Notes under the pieces: generated by a model | Told to the model about the DNA's origin: nothing | The model's database searches: none | What the model saw: only the letters and a program-made list of their open reading frames with translations | Origin: Candidatus Poribacteria bacterium | Lineage (GTDB): Bacteria; Poribacteria; WGA-4E; WGA-3G | Direction: 5' to 3' | Length of the DNA stretch: 64,000 bases | Assembly (NCBI GenBank): GCA_963665235.2 | Contig: CAXXLX010000002.1 | Span: 736,001 to 800,000, forward strand | Made by a program: the position numbers and the translations under genes | Shown here: piece after piece, positions 39,048 to 49,350 of the stretch | Layout of the letters: every line of letters starts with the position of its first letter | Position numbering within the stretch: position 1 is the first letter of the stretch

Positions 39048-40960
39048 AGTTCATCTATAGAGACTTCTACGGTCCCTTTTTCATCGGCGATAAAGTATCG
39101 GTGATCAGGGAACTTTTCTGCAAGCTTCCGTTTTCCGTTTTTTCTATGTTTAGCGTATATATGTGATTTTGCAAAGGGCGCGTTAAATGGATAATGTACT
39201 CGAAGTATGTATTCCTCTTTCACGAAAACAAGTGCTTTTTCCATACTGTTTTCGTCAAGGTATTTTTGAATTGTTACGTCTACCCCATAAGCTTGATATG
39301 ATTTTACTGTTGCCGGCACATTGAAAAGAAAAGCAAATAGAAAAAGACTTATAAGTATTACACACAGTATATTTTGTGCATGTGCGTAAGAGACTATTTT
39401 CTGCCAAGATGTCAGGAGCCGCGTGCTCAATGCAATCCCCCGGCTTGTTAAGAGAATTAGGGCTGGAAACGTTTCATACACGTACCTTGGCCCGAAGGTG
39501 AACTCGTTGAAGAAATAGAAAACCTGTGCCATGAGCAATGCCCCTATCCATCCGACAAGTAGCCATTCCCACTTTTGTTTTTTTCCGAATGTGAGGTAAA
39601 GACAAACAAAAAAGAGCGAAGGCATTGGCCATTCAAACAGATAATAGTTAAGTCCGTTTAGATTGCCATTCACGTATTTCAGTCCTTGTGTGAGCGTGTG
39701 TGATTGCTCCACCCACGGATCTTGGTGAAAGCCTGGGTAGTGTCCTTTACCATGTGCGGCGATATATCCAAAAAGGAGCGGGTCTCCTGTCGTTGCGAAG
39801 TTGTAAGCGAGAAATGCCAACCCCATGACAAGGATAGGGATTGCACCTATAAGGATATGCCGGCGTGACAATTCTTTCCGCATGACAATTGCTGCGATGC
39901 CCATTAGGATACAAATCCATGCAGCTGTATAGGGCCTGCACAGCAGGGCAATGCCTAAAGCCGTCCCGCAGGCCAACGCTGAAAACAGTGGACGTTTATC
40001 TTTAACCACCCGGACGAAACTCAGAAAAGCCACAGTTATGAAAAAGAGGGTTGAACTGTGTGACATGAACTCTGAGGACATGAAGAGAAAAAAGCTGCTT
40101 GCGGTTGCCAACAAAGCAGAAAGTTTTGCGATGTTCTCCTCATAAAGCTCCTTGGCTATCAGATAGATACACACGATTGTCAACGCACCCAATAGTGGAT
40201 TCACAAGCCAAGCAAGACCGAAAAGTACACCGAATGCAAGTACAGCGGGGTATCCTGGCGGGAACTGTGTATACCAGCTGTCGTCAAGAATAACATGTAG
40301 GTTTTCAAAAAATTGCGGTTCTGGAGGTACCGGGGCAGAAAGTGTACCGTGCGCGAACAGGCGCGCTTGAAATAGGTACGCGCAGCCATCTATAGTCCCC
40401 GGCACGCCATCGAAAAGATGCCATGAGATTAAGCCACATATTAACAAAGCACTCGCAAATAATCCGCCTATAAAAGCTCGAGGTGGCATGTCGCGCATCC
40501 ATTGAAAAAGGCGAAAACAGATTGTCCGAATTCGGGATAGTCGCATGCAGAGCAATCCGCGAAAACATAGGGCGATACCGACACCGTTGACAATCATGCT
40601 ATACCCACTGGGTAGAAGTCCGACAGCATTGAAACGTGCGGTGTTAAAGGACGCATGTAGTGGCAACACACAGATAAAAAGCAGGATGCTAAAGACAACA
40701 ACGTGAACCCTCCGTTGACTCAACACTTGGAAGTCCGGTATTATCAAAAGCAGCATGTAAAACAGAAGTCCCCCGGCAATTAGATTGACACCCCAGATTG
40801 GAAAAGAGATTGACAGATACGAAGATTCCTGCCAAGAAATTAGCACTTTGTCATCAAGAATAACAAAGTGCTTTTTTATCCAATATCCAAGGAAAAGGAA
40901 AAAGAGCGCACCGATAAAATAACTCGCTATACGACACAATTGAATGAGTCTGGATTTCAT
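39044..40960 (-). CDS. GT-C fold membrane glycosyltransferase (family 39/ArnT-like)
   Basis: Polytopic protein with DGCAYLFQAR, QFPPGYP and GPRYVYE. Confidence 0.75.
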   Translation of the reverse strand: MKSRLIQLCRIASYFIGALFFLFLGYWIKKHFVILDDKVLISWQESSYLSISFPIWGVNLIAGGLLFYMLLLIIPDFQVLSQRRVHVVVFSILLFICVLPLHASFNTARFNAVGLLPSGYSMIVNGVGIALCFRGLLCMRLSRIRTICFRLFQWMRDMPPRAFIGGLFASALLICGLISWHLFDGVPGTIDGCAYLFQARLFAHGTLSAPVPPEPQFFENLHVILDDSWYTQFPPGYPAVLAFGVLFGLAWLVNPLLGALTIVCIYLIAKELYEENIAKLSALLATASSFFLFMSSEFMSHSSTLFFITVAFLSFVRVVKDKRPLFSALACGTALGIALLCRPYTAAWICILMGIAAIVMRKELSRRHILIGAIPILVMGLAFLAYNFATTGDPLLFGYIAAHGKGHYPGFHQDPWVEQSHTLTQGLKYVNGNLNGLNYYLFEWPMPSLFFVCLYLTFGKKQKWEWLLVGWIGALLMAQVFYFFNEFTFGPRYVYETFPALILLTSRGIALSTRLLTSWQKIVSYAHAQNILCVILISLFLFAFLFNVPATVKSYQAYGVDVTIQKYLDENSMEKALVFVKEEYILRVHYPFNAPFAKSHIYAKHRKNGKRKLAEKFPDHRYFIADEKGTVEVSIDEL

Positions 40961-41033
40961 ATCGTAATTGCCTCCGCCGAGATAACCGAGCTAGTACTAG
41001 TTGTCCCTACACCTCGTAAAAAAATAGGAGAAG

Positions 41034-41514
41034 TTAGAAAAACCGCAGCTGTTCACCCTCAAGGATAATCTCTTTGTCTCCTGCCTGTAAAATTACACGT
41101 TTTGCTTTTATCACCTTTACACGCGCATCACCAATCTGCTCGTCTACTTGCACGATATGGAGTTGTCCTGAACGCCGTTCCACAATAAACGCCTTCGTGT
41201 CAGTCCCATTTGAGGCAATGGCTGTGCCAAGAAGGGTATACTCCGGCTCTTCTTTAGGAGGTTGCCACCCAAGCGGACGGAAGATATTATTATCAATAAT
41301 AACCTGATAAAACTCGGCAGGAGTCTCTAAGGTATTGGAAGGGCCCCCTTCTGTTTTGCAGCGGACGCGCCTTGTGTTGTGAACTTGATACCGCATCTAT
41401 TTCACTCGGCGACTGATAATTTTGATCGTCCCGCAGGTCCAGATAGAGGCCAGCGGCGATGATAAGTAAGACGCAGAAACATCCGCCTATAATCATAATG
41501 TTTCTTATAGACAC
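41034..41514 (-). pseudogene. GspC/PilP-like membrane-anchored protein, frameshifted near 41344-41348
   Basis: The N-terminal TM ORF joins the NNIFRP...YTLLGT...IGDARVKVIKAKRVIL ORF if one G of a G5 run is removed. Confidence 0.5.
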
Positions 41515-41648
41515 AGGACTAACCTTCCGTTAAACTATCCATTAAGTTGTTCAGCAACTGCTAACTCAAGAAGCTTCCAAATCTTCAGATGGTCACCACG
41601 GGTCCGTGGGGCCCAGAACGTTTCTGTCAGATGCGGCAGCTGGATGCC

Positions 41649-43664
41649 TTACAAGTAAGGTTTCAAATCCCAGAGCAGAATAGTGCCATCATAACTGCCA
41701 CTTGCCAAAACCGTGCCATCTGGCGAAAACGTAAGGGACTCAACGTCAGTAGGGTGACCCCACAACGTCGCAACATTTTCACCCGTTGCAACTTCCCACA
41801 AACGGATAGAAACTTTGGGCGTTCCTGACCACCAGGAACCAGATGCAAGATACTGCCCGCAAGGAGAAAATGCCAACGAGTATGGAAACCGACATTCCAA
41901 GGGCGGCACCATTGCCATAAGCGGAACATGCTTTGTCGCATCCCACAGACGAATCTCCTCGAATAACCCCCCAGCAATGATGTTTCCACAAGGCGAAAAG
42001 ACTATATCCTGAATTGTCACACTCTCACGCGGTTTTTTGAAACTTTGTATCTGACGCGCATCGCCTAAATATAGAGACCTATCTAATCGGCCTGTGGGCA
42101 ACGAGACGAGCTCCTCGCCAGAGACAACATCCCAGAGCCTAACGGTATCATCGGACGAAATACTCACAAGTTGCTGACCATCAGGATGGAATGCCACGGT
42201 TTTGACCCAACGTGTATGCCCAGACAAAATTGTCTCATCCCCGCTTTCATCCCGCACATAGAGATTACCGTCTTCATCACCACTCACCCAGGATGTGCCT
42301 GTGGGGGAAAAGGCAAAATCTCGCAATTGGGCCTGATTTTCAAAGGTAGCGATTGTTTTATCCATTTCCACATCCCATACGATATCGATATTCGCGCCTC
42401 TAATCCCACCCAGCGCACGCATCTCTCCGGTCGGCGCAATATAAATATGACTTATTGTTTTCCTGTCGTTGTATAGATACCGCTCAAATCGTTTTTCTGA
42501 TACATTCCAACAATAAGCAGCATCACTAAACAGTGTTTTCCCATCAGCGGAAAACGTAGGAGAATAAGAAATAGAGCGATGTCCTAAAAGCCTATCCCCT
42601 TTGTATGGAGAGTTCTCTATCCACACCTTAAGCGGATTTCTGAGAGCTAGGTGTGTGCCGTCTAAAAAGTGATATGAAAAGATGTACCAGTCGTAATCAA
42701 ACACGTCTAACTTTTCACCACTTTCTACGTCCCAAATAGCGATTGTTGAACCATGTTGCCCCGCAGCCCGGAGTTGACCGGATTGTGTGTAGGCGGGGAG
42801 CACCTGATAATATCTTGGATATTCAGATGACACCTTTAGCTGTTTTTTAGTCTGTTTTCCGGTGGTGACCTCCCACTCCTTCAGCGTGCCGGCGGCATCT
42901 CCTGCAGCAAGGAAATTTCCACACGGTGAAAAACAGAGGGTATCTACTTGTGTGGTATAGTCTCTAATGGAAGCAATGTGTTCCAGCGTTTTCATGTCCC
43001 ACAAAGCAATGAAGTCGGTGTCCCCTGCTGTGTCTGCGGGACTTGCACAAGCGAGCAGATGTCCATCAGGTGAAAAGCAAAGCGGGCGGGGGACATTTCT
43101 ACGTTTTTCTAGTGCTATCTCAGGTTCAGTTGAGAGCTTAGCAATCTGTTCACCCGTGTCAGAATGCCAAATGTAAATGACACCGTTTACCTTACTAGAT
43201 ACTGCGATGTACTTACCTGAACTGACAATTTGATTAATTGCCAGTTCAGATGTAAAACTGGGACGAGATCGCTGTCGTGGACGTTGAATTTTGGTAATGC
43301 ATGATCCGATTTGAACGTCCCATATCTTGATTTCTCCATCCAGGTTACCCGTTGAAAGCCTCTGACCATTTGGAGAGAAAGCGAGGGCAGAAATTACTCC
43401 ACGTTCCGTTTCCCATAATGCAATAGGAGACCACGTAGACACGTCATACCACCATACGCCAATCATGGTACCGACAGCAAGGAACTTTCCATCAGGGGAA
43501 AAAGCTAATGCGTTCTCCAATCCTTTGCCGAATCGAACGATTGCCCCCTCCGGAAGTGCCCATGTATTGGGATTGGTCCTTATATCTATGTTGTGTGTCG
43601 GAATCGGTGAATGAATACCGGACACATCTGTAGCATTCGACTGAGTTCGATTTTCCACCCTCAT
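41649..43664 (-). CDS. WD40 repeat protein
   Basis: Many FSPDG/GH...WD repeats and an LPEGAIVRFGKG N-terminal motif. Confidence 0.9.
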   Translation of the reverse strand: MRVENRTQSNATDVSGIHSPIPTHNIDIRTNPNTWALPEGAIVRFGKGLENALAFSPDGKFLAVGTMIGVWWYDVSTWSPIALWETERGVISALAFSPNGQRLSTGNLDGEIKIWDVQIGSCITKIQRPRQRSRPSFTSELAINQIVSSGKYIAVSSKVNGVIYIWHSDTGEQIAKLSTEPEIALEKRRNVPRPLCFSPDGHLLACASPADTAGDTDFIALWDMKTLEHIASIRDYTTQVDTLCFSPCGNFLAAGDAAGTLKEWEVTTGKQTKKQLKVSSEYPRYYQVLPAYTQSGQLRAAGQHGSTIAIWDVESGEKLDVFDYDWYIFSYHFLDGTHLALRNPLKVWIENSPYKGDRLLGHRSISYSPTFSADGKTLFSDAAYCWNVSEKRFERYLYNDRKTISHIYIAPTGEMRALGGIRGANIDIVWDVEMDKTIATFENQAQLRDFAFSPTGTSWVSGDEDGNLYVRDESGDETILSGHTRWVKTVAFHPDGQQLVSISSDDTVRLWDVVSGEELVSLPTGRLDRSLYLGDARQIQSFKKPRESVTIQDIVFSPCGNIIAGGLFEEIRLWDATKHVPLMAMVPPLECRFPYSLAFSPCGQYLASGSWWSGTPKVSIRLWEVATGENVATLWGHPTDVESLTFSPDGTVLASGSYDGTILLWDLKPYL

Positions 43665-43687
43665 TTTCCTCCTTTTTTGTATGAACT

Positions 43688-44152
43688 TTATTCGTTACCA
43701 AGCTCGCGGCCGGGGATGATCTCATCCCTGCGAGTACATTTAGGATTATCACTCTCACATAAATTGAGGTCAACTGCATTTTTGCATTTGTGCTCCTCGC
43801 GACACTGGTCACAGCCTATCGGGGGCACAAGTTTCTTTGGAGGACAGTTATCTGAGCAAGAAGCCCATTTATTGCCACATTCCCCTTTATCTTCCCCTTC
43901 TTTAAGAGGTGGACAATCACCACACTCGGGATCCGGAGCGAACAAGCATTCACACGGCTCACTCTCATCATCGTCACCGCCACAGTTCCCACTGCTAGCC
44001 ATAGCGACCCAGACATCAACATCACCATCAGTGGCAGTTTGCACATTAAAACCATCAAACGCAAACGCATAAACAAAACCAGTACCAACCAAGAACGCAA
44101 TCAGCACCGTGCCAACCACGTTCGGTTGTGCTAAAAACTTTTTCAAATACAT
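43688..44152 (-). CDS. Cys-rich exported small protein
   Basis: N-terminal hydrophobic segment, Cys-rich acidic C-terminal half, AAGGAG RBS. Confidence 0.65.
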   Translation of the reverse strand: MYLKKFLAQPNVVGTVLIAFLVGTGFVYAFAFDGFNVQTATDGDVDVWVAMASSGNCGGDDDESEPCECLFAPDPECGDCPPLKEGEDKGECGNKWASCSDNCPPKKLVPPIGCDQCREEHKCKNAVDLNLCESDNPKCTRRDEIIPGRELGNE

Positions 44153-44294
44153 GAATCTTTACTCCTTTTTATTTTTATGCCGCATGGGCATCAGTATAGA
44201 AATATCCGAACACACCTACGTGATGTGTCTATTACGCGCCTCTTTTCGAAGCACGGTTTTTCAGTCCCCGCGATGGGGAAACTACAGTGATAAA

Positions 44295-44852
44295 CTACGG
44301 ACTGCCGCATCCACACCCGCCGGTATCCGTAGCGTCGCTTTGCGGTGCCTCAGGAACCGTTTGGCGGGTTTCGGGCACGACCGGAGGTTGTGTTTGTTGT
44401 GCCGCGTCGCCGCTTTGCGCCGTTTCGGGCGCAGAAGTTCCGCAGCACCCGCCAGGCGTTGCGGGCGACGTTTCGCCTTCAACCGTGGACGCACCGCAAC
44501 ACCCCGCAGTGGATTCCTTGGCAACGTCCTGCACTTGATGTTCCGTGGCGGGGGCTTGCTGCTGGACAAGTATGAAAGCACCGAAGCCTCCTATAATAAC
44601 CAGGGGGAGATAGAGAAGACGTTCCGGACATGTCTGTTCCTTCTCTCTATATGGACAAGGTTTCCTATCCGGCGCGCGTTCCTTTTCTTCCTGTGGACAA
44701 GATTCCCAGCCCGGACAGGGACGCTCCGGCTGCGTTGCCTTGGGATTAAAGTCATTCAACAGGAGAAATCCCGCGATGCAAACTACAACTAGCAGATAAC
44801 CTATTATCCTGTACACGCTTCTCGATTTGAATTTGGGGTATTTCATTTGCAA
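44295..44852 (-). CDS. Cys-rich two-TM hypothetical protein with GCCG/GCGCG motifs
   Basis: Two hydrophobic segments, CP repeats and three G-C-C-G/C-G-C clusters. Confidence 0.55.
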   Translation of the reverse strand: MQMKYPKFKSRSVYRIIGYLLVVVCIAGFLLLNDFNPKATQPERPCPGWESCPQEEKERAPDRKPCPYREKEQTCPERLLYLPLVIIGGFGAFILVQQQAPATEHQVQDVAKESTAGCCGASTVEGETSPATPGGCCGTSAPETAQSGDAAQQTQPPVVPETRQTVPEAPQSDATDTGGCGCGSP

Positions 44853-44903
44853 TATAGGAAACTCATTAGCCTCAGTATTCAGGCAAGCAGACCGCTCCTT
44901 AAT

Positions 44904-44927
44904 ATCGCGAGCACAGCTCGCTCCTAC
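44904..44927 (-). repeat. GTAG-type REP palindrome
   Basis: Reverse strand reads GTAGGAGCGAGCTGTGCTCGCGAT. Confidence 0.55.
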
Positions 44928-44967
44928 AGAAGAGGTTTGTTGAAAAAACGAAGAAAAACATGGAGAA

Positions 44968-46326
44968 CTAAATAGCCCTGGTTACCTCAGCAATGGCGCG
45001 ATAGGTGTTATCAAGTAGGATGTCCAACTCTGAAATTGAAATCTGTAACGGCGGCATTAGGACTATAGTATTGACAAGCGGTCGGAGTATTAGCCCGCGG
45101 GCAAGTGCTGCTTTACAAACGCGGATACCGACCTTCTCTTCCAACGGATAGGGGTCATGTGTATCCGGGTTTTTCACTAATTCTATCCCTGCGGCTAAGC
45201 CGCATACACGCACATCCCCGACATGGGGCAAGGCATAAAATTCCTGAAGCCGGTTTTTGAAATGTTTGATGCTTATTTGGAGGCGCGCGAGGAGCTCCTC
45301 ACGTTCAAAAATGGCGATATTTTCCAATGCCACAGCACATGCCAGCGGATTACCGGTGAAGGTGTGCCCGTGGAAGAAGGTTTTGAGTGCACTGTATTCG
45401 CCAAGGAAACCGTTATAGATTTCATCTGTGCTTAAGGTCGCTGCGAGCGGCAGATAACCGCCCGCAAGTCCTTTTGCTGTGCATAGCAGGTCGGGGGTGA
45501 CGTTTTCATGTTCACACGCCCACATTTTTCCGGTGCGTCCAAATCCTGTCATCACTTCATCGACAATGAGAAGTGTTTCTGCCTGTTTTGCCAGTGCTGC
45601 GACCTGCTTCAGAAACCCTTTTGGTGCGACAAGCATCCCGCCTGCACCTTGAATGAGCGGTTCCAAAATAATCCCCGCAATCTGTTTCGGATGTTGGGCG
45701 AGCGTACGTTCTATCTCACGCAGGCAACGTGCTTTCACGGCTTCAGGCGGCACAGAAGCACGATAGGTTTCAGGGAATGACACACGGACGCTGTTAAAAA
45801 GGAGTGAATCAAAGGTTGTGTGGAAACTATCAATGCCGCCAACGCTCATAGCCCCTATGGTATCGCCATGGTACGCCTTATCAAAGTGAATAAACAGTTT
45901 GCGTTGCGGCTGGCCCTTATGTTGCCAGTACTGATACGCCATCTTGAGGGCAACAGCAACAGCCGTTGAACCGTTATCGGAGTAGAATACCTTGTTGAGC
46001 CCCGCTGGTGTAATTTCAACTAATTTTTTGGCAAGTCGAATTGCGGGGATATTGCTGTAACCGAGCAGGGTGGTATGTGCAACCTGTGCCAGCTGTGTTT
46101 TAAGAGCAGCGTTCAGGTCCGGATGATTGTGCCCGTGGATGTTCGTCCACATGGAAGCGATTCCATCAAGGTATCTGTTTCCTTCAATATCAATGAGATA
46201 AACGCCGTCGCCCCGTTCGATGATAACCGGCACTTCTTGAAGCCAGTCTTGCATCTGTGTGAACGGATGCCAGAGATAATTTTTGTCCCAGTCAGCAAGC
46301 TGTTGACTATCCCTTAAGTTTTGCAT
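44968..46326 (-). CDS. bioA: Adenosylmethionine--8-amino-7-oxononanoate transaminase
   Basis: Motifs WHPFTQM, YHGDTIGA, DEVMTGFGRTG and FFHGHTFTGNPLAC. Confidence 0.93.
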   Translation of the reverse strand: MQNLRDSQQLADWDKNYLWHPFTQMQDWLQEVPVIIERGDGVYLIDIEGNRYLDGIASMWTNIHGHNHPDLNAALKTQLAQVAHTTLLGYSNIPAIRLAKKLVEITPAGLNKVFYSDNGSTAVAVALKMAYQYWQHKGQPQRKLFIHFDKAYHGDTIGAMSVGGIDSFHTTFDSLLFNSVRVSFPETYRASVPPEAVKARCLREIERTLAQHPKQIAGIILEPLIQGAGGMLVAPKGFLKQVAALAKQAETLLIVDEVMTGFGRTGKMWACEHENVTPDLLCTAKGLAGGYLPLAATLSTDEIYNGFLGEYSALKTFFHGHTFTGNPLACAVALENIAIFEREELLARLQISIKHFKNRLQEFYALPHVGDVRVCGLAAGIELVKNPDTHDPYPLEEKVGIRVCKAALARGLILRPLVNTIVLMPPLQISISELDILLDNTYRAIAEVTRAI

Positions 46327-47602
46327 AGTGGACCGGCTGTTCTAGAGCGAGAGCGTCACATTTTCCTGTCTTGGGTACGATAATTTCGAGTATCCTATTC
46401 CGATAGGTTGCGTGGAAATCCTCTGGCTGCCCTATAAGGGGAAAGATATTTCTGAATCCATCCGGAAATGAGCTGGTGCGTCCGATGACCTTTTCAAACC
46501 GCAAATCCTCGAGTTGGTTTGGATTTTTAGGATTTCTTGGCAGCTGCGTTTGGACAGTCACGATAATCTGTGCTGCCGGGGGCGCGTCCGGGGAATATGG
46601 CGAACTTAGACAAATTTCATAGGCATAATCGGGCAGTCTATCCGGAAGATTATGGGTTTTCTTCGCTGCAGAATTGGGAACCCATCTCGGAAACTCAATC
46701 TCAATTTGATAATAATCCGTCATTTCTGAGACGCGATTGACCATCCCGTAGCGGCGATACCGTTCTTTTGTATCGTCGGTGTAAATTTCACCTTCAGTTT
46801 GGACTGCCCCGGGCATTGTTGTCCGCGGTGCCTCTGGGGAGGCGACTAGCGCGGGCCGTAAACCACTGAGAAGGGGAGTGGCAAGGAGTGAAGGGAACCA
46901 ACCGTAGAATGCCGCGCCATAACGGGATTGTGTTCCATCCGGTGTTGACGTTATCTCATCTTTAAAACGGTACGCACCTTCAGCAATAGCAATCACTATT
47001 CCTAAAAAGATCATTAAATTGCCTTCGGGTGTGAAAAAACTGCTGACGTTGCCCGACTGCATGCCGATAAAGAAGAGCACCAGCGGATAGAGTGTCAAAT
47101 TGATTAAACTGTTGATACCTGTTGAAACGGCGGCACTGAACACCCGTGTGTTTCCTGCCATCTCTTCAAGCCGCGCTTTAAATTTCGCTGAAAATGCACC
47201 GAGTAGGGGTTGACCAAGCATGACAAACAACCCGAAAGGTACACGCAGCGATGACCGCGCAGCGTCCGGTAACTGTACGAATTCTTCAGGGATGCCCTGT
47301 TTTTTCCCGCCACCTTGTCCTGCGTCGTCAGCTGTGCCTTCATCGGTTTCAGGATAAACAAATGTTTCGAAAAATTCTGCGTTTATTTCGATATAAGATT
47401 GCCACTCGCTTGGGACATCGCTTTCCATATAGATTGCGTCAACGGGACACACGGGCTCACACGCTGCGCAGTCGATACATACGTTCGGGTCAATATGGAG
47501 CTGTGTTTTGTCTTCGGTAGTGTGTATGCAGTCCACTGGACAGGGCACGACACAAGCGGTGTCCATCACGTCAATACACGGTTCACAGATTATATAAGCC
47601 AT
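46307..47602 (-). CDS. Ferredoxin (7Fe/FdxA-type) fused to a membrane region and a C-terminal soluble domain
   Basis: N-terminal CIDVMDTACVVPCPVDCI...CIDCAACEPVCPVDAI, then TM helices, then ~170 soluble residues. Confidence 0.75.
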   Translation of the reverse strand: MAYIICEPCIDVMDTACVVPCPVDCIHTTEDKTQLHIDPNVCIDCAACEPVCPVDAIYMESDVPSEWQSYIEINAEFFETFVYPETDEGTADDAGQGGGKKQGIPEEFVQLPDAARSSLRVPFGLFVMLGQPLLGAFSAKFKARLEEMAGNTRVFSAAVSTGINSLINLTLYPLVLFFIGMQSGNVSSFFTPEGNLMIFLGIVIAIAEGAYRFKDEITSTPDGTQSRYGAAFYGWFPSLLATPLLSGLRPALVASPEAPRTTMPGAVQTEGEIYTDDTKERYRRYGMVNRVSEMTDYYQIEIEFPRWVPNSAAKKTHNLPDRLPDYAYEICLSSPYSPDAPPAAQIIVTVQTQLPRNPKNPNQLEDLRFEKVIGRTSSFPDGFRNIFPLIGQPEDFHATYRNRILEIIVPKTGKCDALALEQPVHYAKLKG

Positions 47603-47807
47603 ATCTATCTAGGTTTTCCTCCTTTTTCGCAATACGTTTAAAATTATACCACAACTGCTTGTGAATAGCAAATTCAAATTCCATTAATTTAAATTTTTAT
47701 TTGCTTTTCAGCGAAATTTGTGTTATGATTATTTAAAGAAGCTTGTGGTAACGGAATATTTTGGTGTATAGGAATATTTCTGTGTGTTACTTTTTTTGAA
47801 ATTTTTT

Positions 47808-47833
47808 GTAACTTCATTGGATGGGTTAACGTT
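47808..47833 (+). promoter_or_regulatory. Possible autoregulatory ECF promoter
   Basis: GTAAC-17 nt-CGTT upstream of the ECF sigma gene. Confidence 0.4.
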
Positions 47834-47898
47834 ATTATCTATGTATGAACAAGAAAAACTGGTTTTAGAACATCCTTTGGCCAAAGGAGAAAATTGTT

Positions 47899-48516
47899 AT
47901 GGCGCGCCAAGCAACAAATAATCTTTCTGCAATTGAAGATACTTATTTGGCTACCCAAGCCGAGCAAGGCGACGAAGCTGCGTTTACGCAATTATTTGAG
48001 AAGCACTATAATTGGGTTTATAGCAAAGCTTACCGGATACTTAGCGACCATCACGACACCGAAGAAGTCAGTATGGATGTCTTTATCAAAGTTTGGAAAA
48101 AATTAGATGAAGGCAAATGGGATCCGGAAAAGGGTAGTTTTCAAGCCTGGTTAAATACGGTAGCGCACAATACAATTATTGATGCGGTCCGAAAGCGGAG
48201 CAGGACCCCTGAAACACTTCTCACGCCTGAGGAGGAAGAGGAGCGCCCGCTGACCGAGTACGAAGACGTAAGTCCTGGTCCTGATAGGAATGTGGTAGCG
48301 CAAGAAGCACAGGAACTTTTAGAACGTGCACTTGAGCATGTCTCGAAGCCGAATCATCGCATCGCTTGGATTTTGCGGCATTTGGAGGGATGCAGTATCG
48401 CAGAAATTGCCCGTATTCTTAATCGGAAGGAGGGCACTGTGAAAATTTGGATTTTTCGGTGCACCCAAGAATTGCGGCAAATTCTGATTAACAAAGGTAT
48501 TCATTGGATTCAGTAA
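47899..48516 (+). CDS. ECF RNA polymerase sigma factor
   Basis: GDEAAFTQL, FQAWLNTVAHN and EIARIL...GTVK (regions 2 and 4). Confidence 0.9.
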   Translation: MARQATNNLSAIEDTYLATQAEQGDEAAFTQLFEKHYNWVYSKAYRILSDHHDTEEVSMDVFIKVWKKLDEGKWDPEKGSFQAWLNTVAHNTIIDAVRKRSRTPETLLTPEEEEERPLTEYEDVSPGPDRNVVAQEAQELLERALEHVSKPNHRIAWILRHLEGCSIAEIARILNRKEGTVKIWIFRCTQELRQILINKGIHWIQ

Positions 48517-48523
48517 GAATTCA

Positions 48524-49210
48524 GTGGATTTGATTGATAATAACGATAATAATCTGGAGGATGAACTCATGCGTTTTTTTAGGAAAACCCCCGGGAATAT
48601 TCAATATAACGATGCCGAGCTTAAAGAAGCAAACATACTAGAAGCCTATACCTGCTGGCTAAAAAACGAAAAGCTCACCCGTAAGCAGAAGCGGCTCCTT
48701 AAAGAGATACCGGAGTCCCCCCGCTTTCATGCTTTAAAAGAACTCGTTGATTTTGCACACTATCGCTTTCAGGAAACGGAGAGCGTTAAGCCGCGCCCGG
48801 GGGCGAAGGAACGTGTAGCGGAACGACTCATGAAAACTATCAAAGGCGAAATAACAGAAGCTGCTCCCGAAAGCCCGGTAGACCTAGTGGCAGAGCCTGC
48901 TTACAGCCCACAAGCAATGGGCAACTGGGACACGGATGTGCTTCCAGGCGCGTTAGAGCCACCCACCGATGCCCAATTGAAACGTTGGAGCACCCCGGAA
49001 GGCGCGCATCAGACCCAGGTGCGGCCCCTTGCCCATCTCAATCTTCGCTTTGAAATGCAGGGTGACGAGGTGTCTGTCACCGATCTGGGAAGCCATATAC
49101 CGACTCATATAGAAGGGGTTCGCCTCAAAAATTCTGCCCCAATTCAGAAGGGAACAACCCTTAGGTGCGGAGACATTACGTTCCAAGTTGTTGATATAGA
49201 GGATTCCTAA
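48524..49210 (+). CDS. Putative anti-sigma factor with a degenerate FHA-like C-terminus
   Basis: Starts 7 nt after the sigma gene. The C-terminus VTDLGS...G.RL...GTTLRCGDITF resembles the second half of an FHA domain. Confidence 0.5.
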   Translation: MDLIDNNDNNLEDELMRFFRKTPGNIQYNDAELKEANILEAYTCWLKNEKLTRKQKRLLKEIPESPRFHALKELVDFAHYRFQETESVKPRPGAKERVAERLMKTIKGEITEAAPESPVDLVAEPAYSPQAMGNWDTDVLPGALEPPTDAQLKRWSTPEGAHQTQVRPLAHLNLRFEMQGDEVSVTDLGSHIPTHIEGVRLKNSAPIQKGTTLRCGDITFQVVDIEDS

Positions 49211-49350
49211 GTTATCCCTGGTAGGACAGGGGGGCAATCTGACGAGGTGCGGTTTTTGCTGGCTTGCTGGCAGCGAGACTGGGTACCGTGTGCTCGTGTG
49301 TTCCCCTGTTCAAACCTAATTGGCCCTAACTCACAGGAAACTAAGGACTC

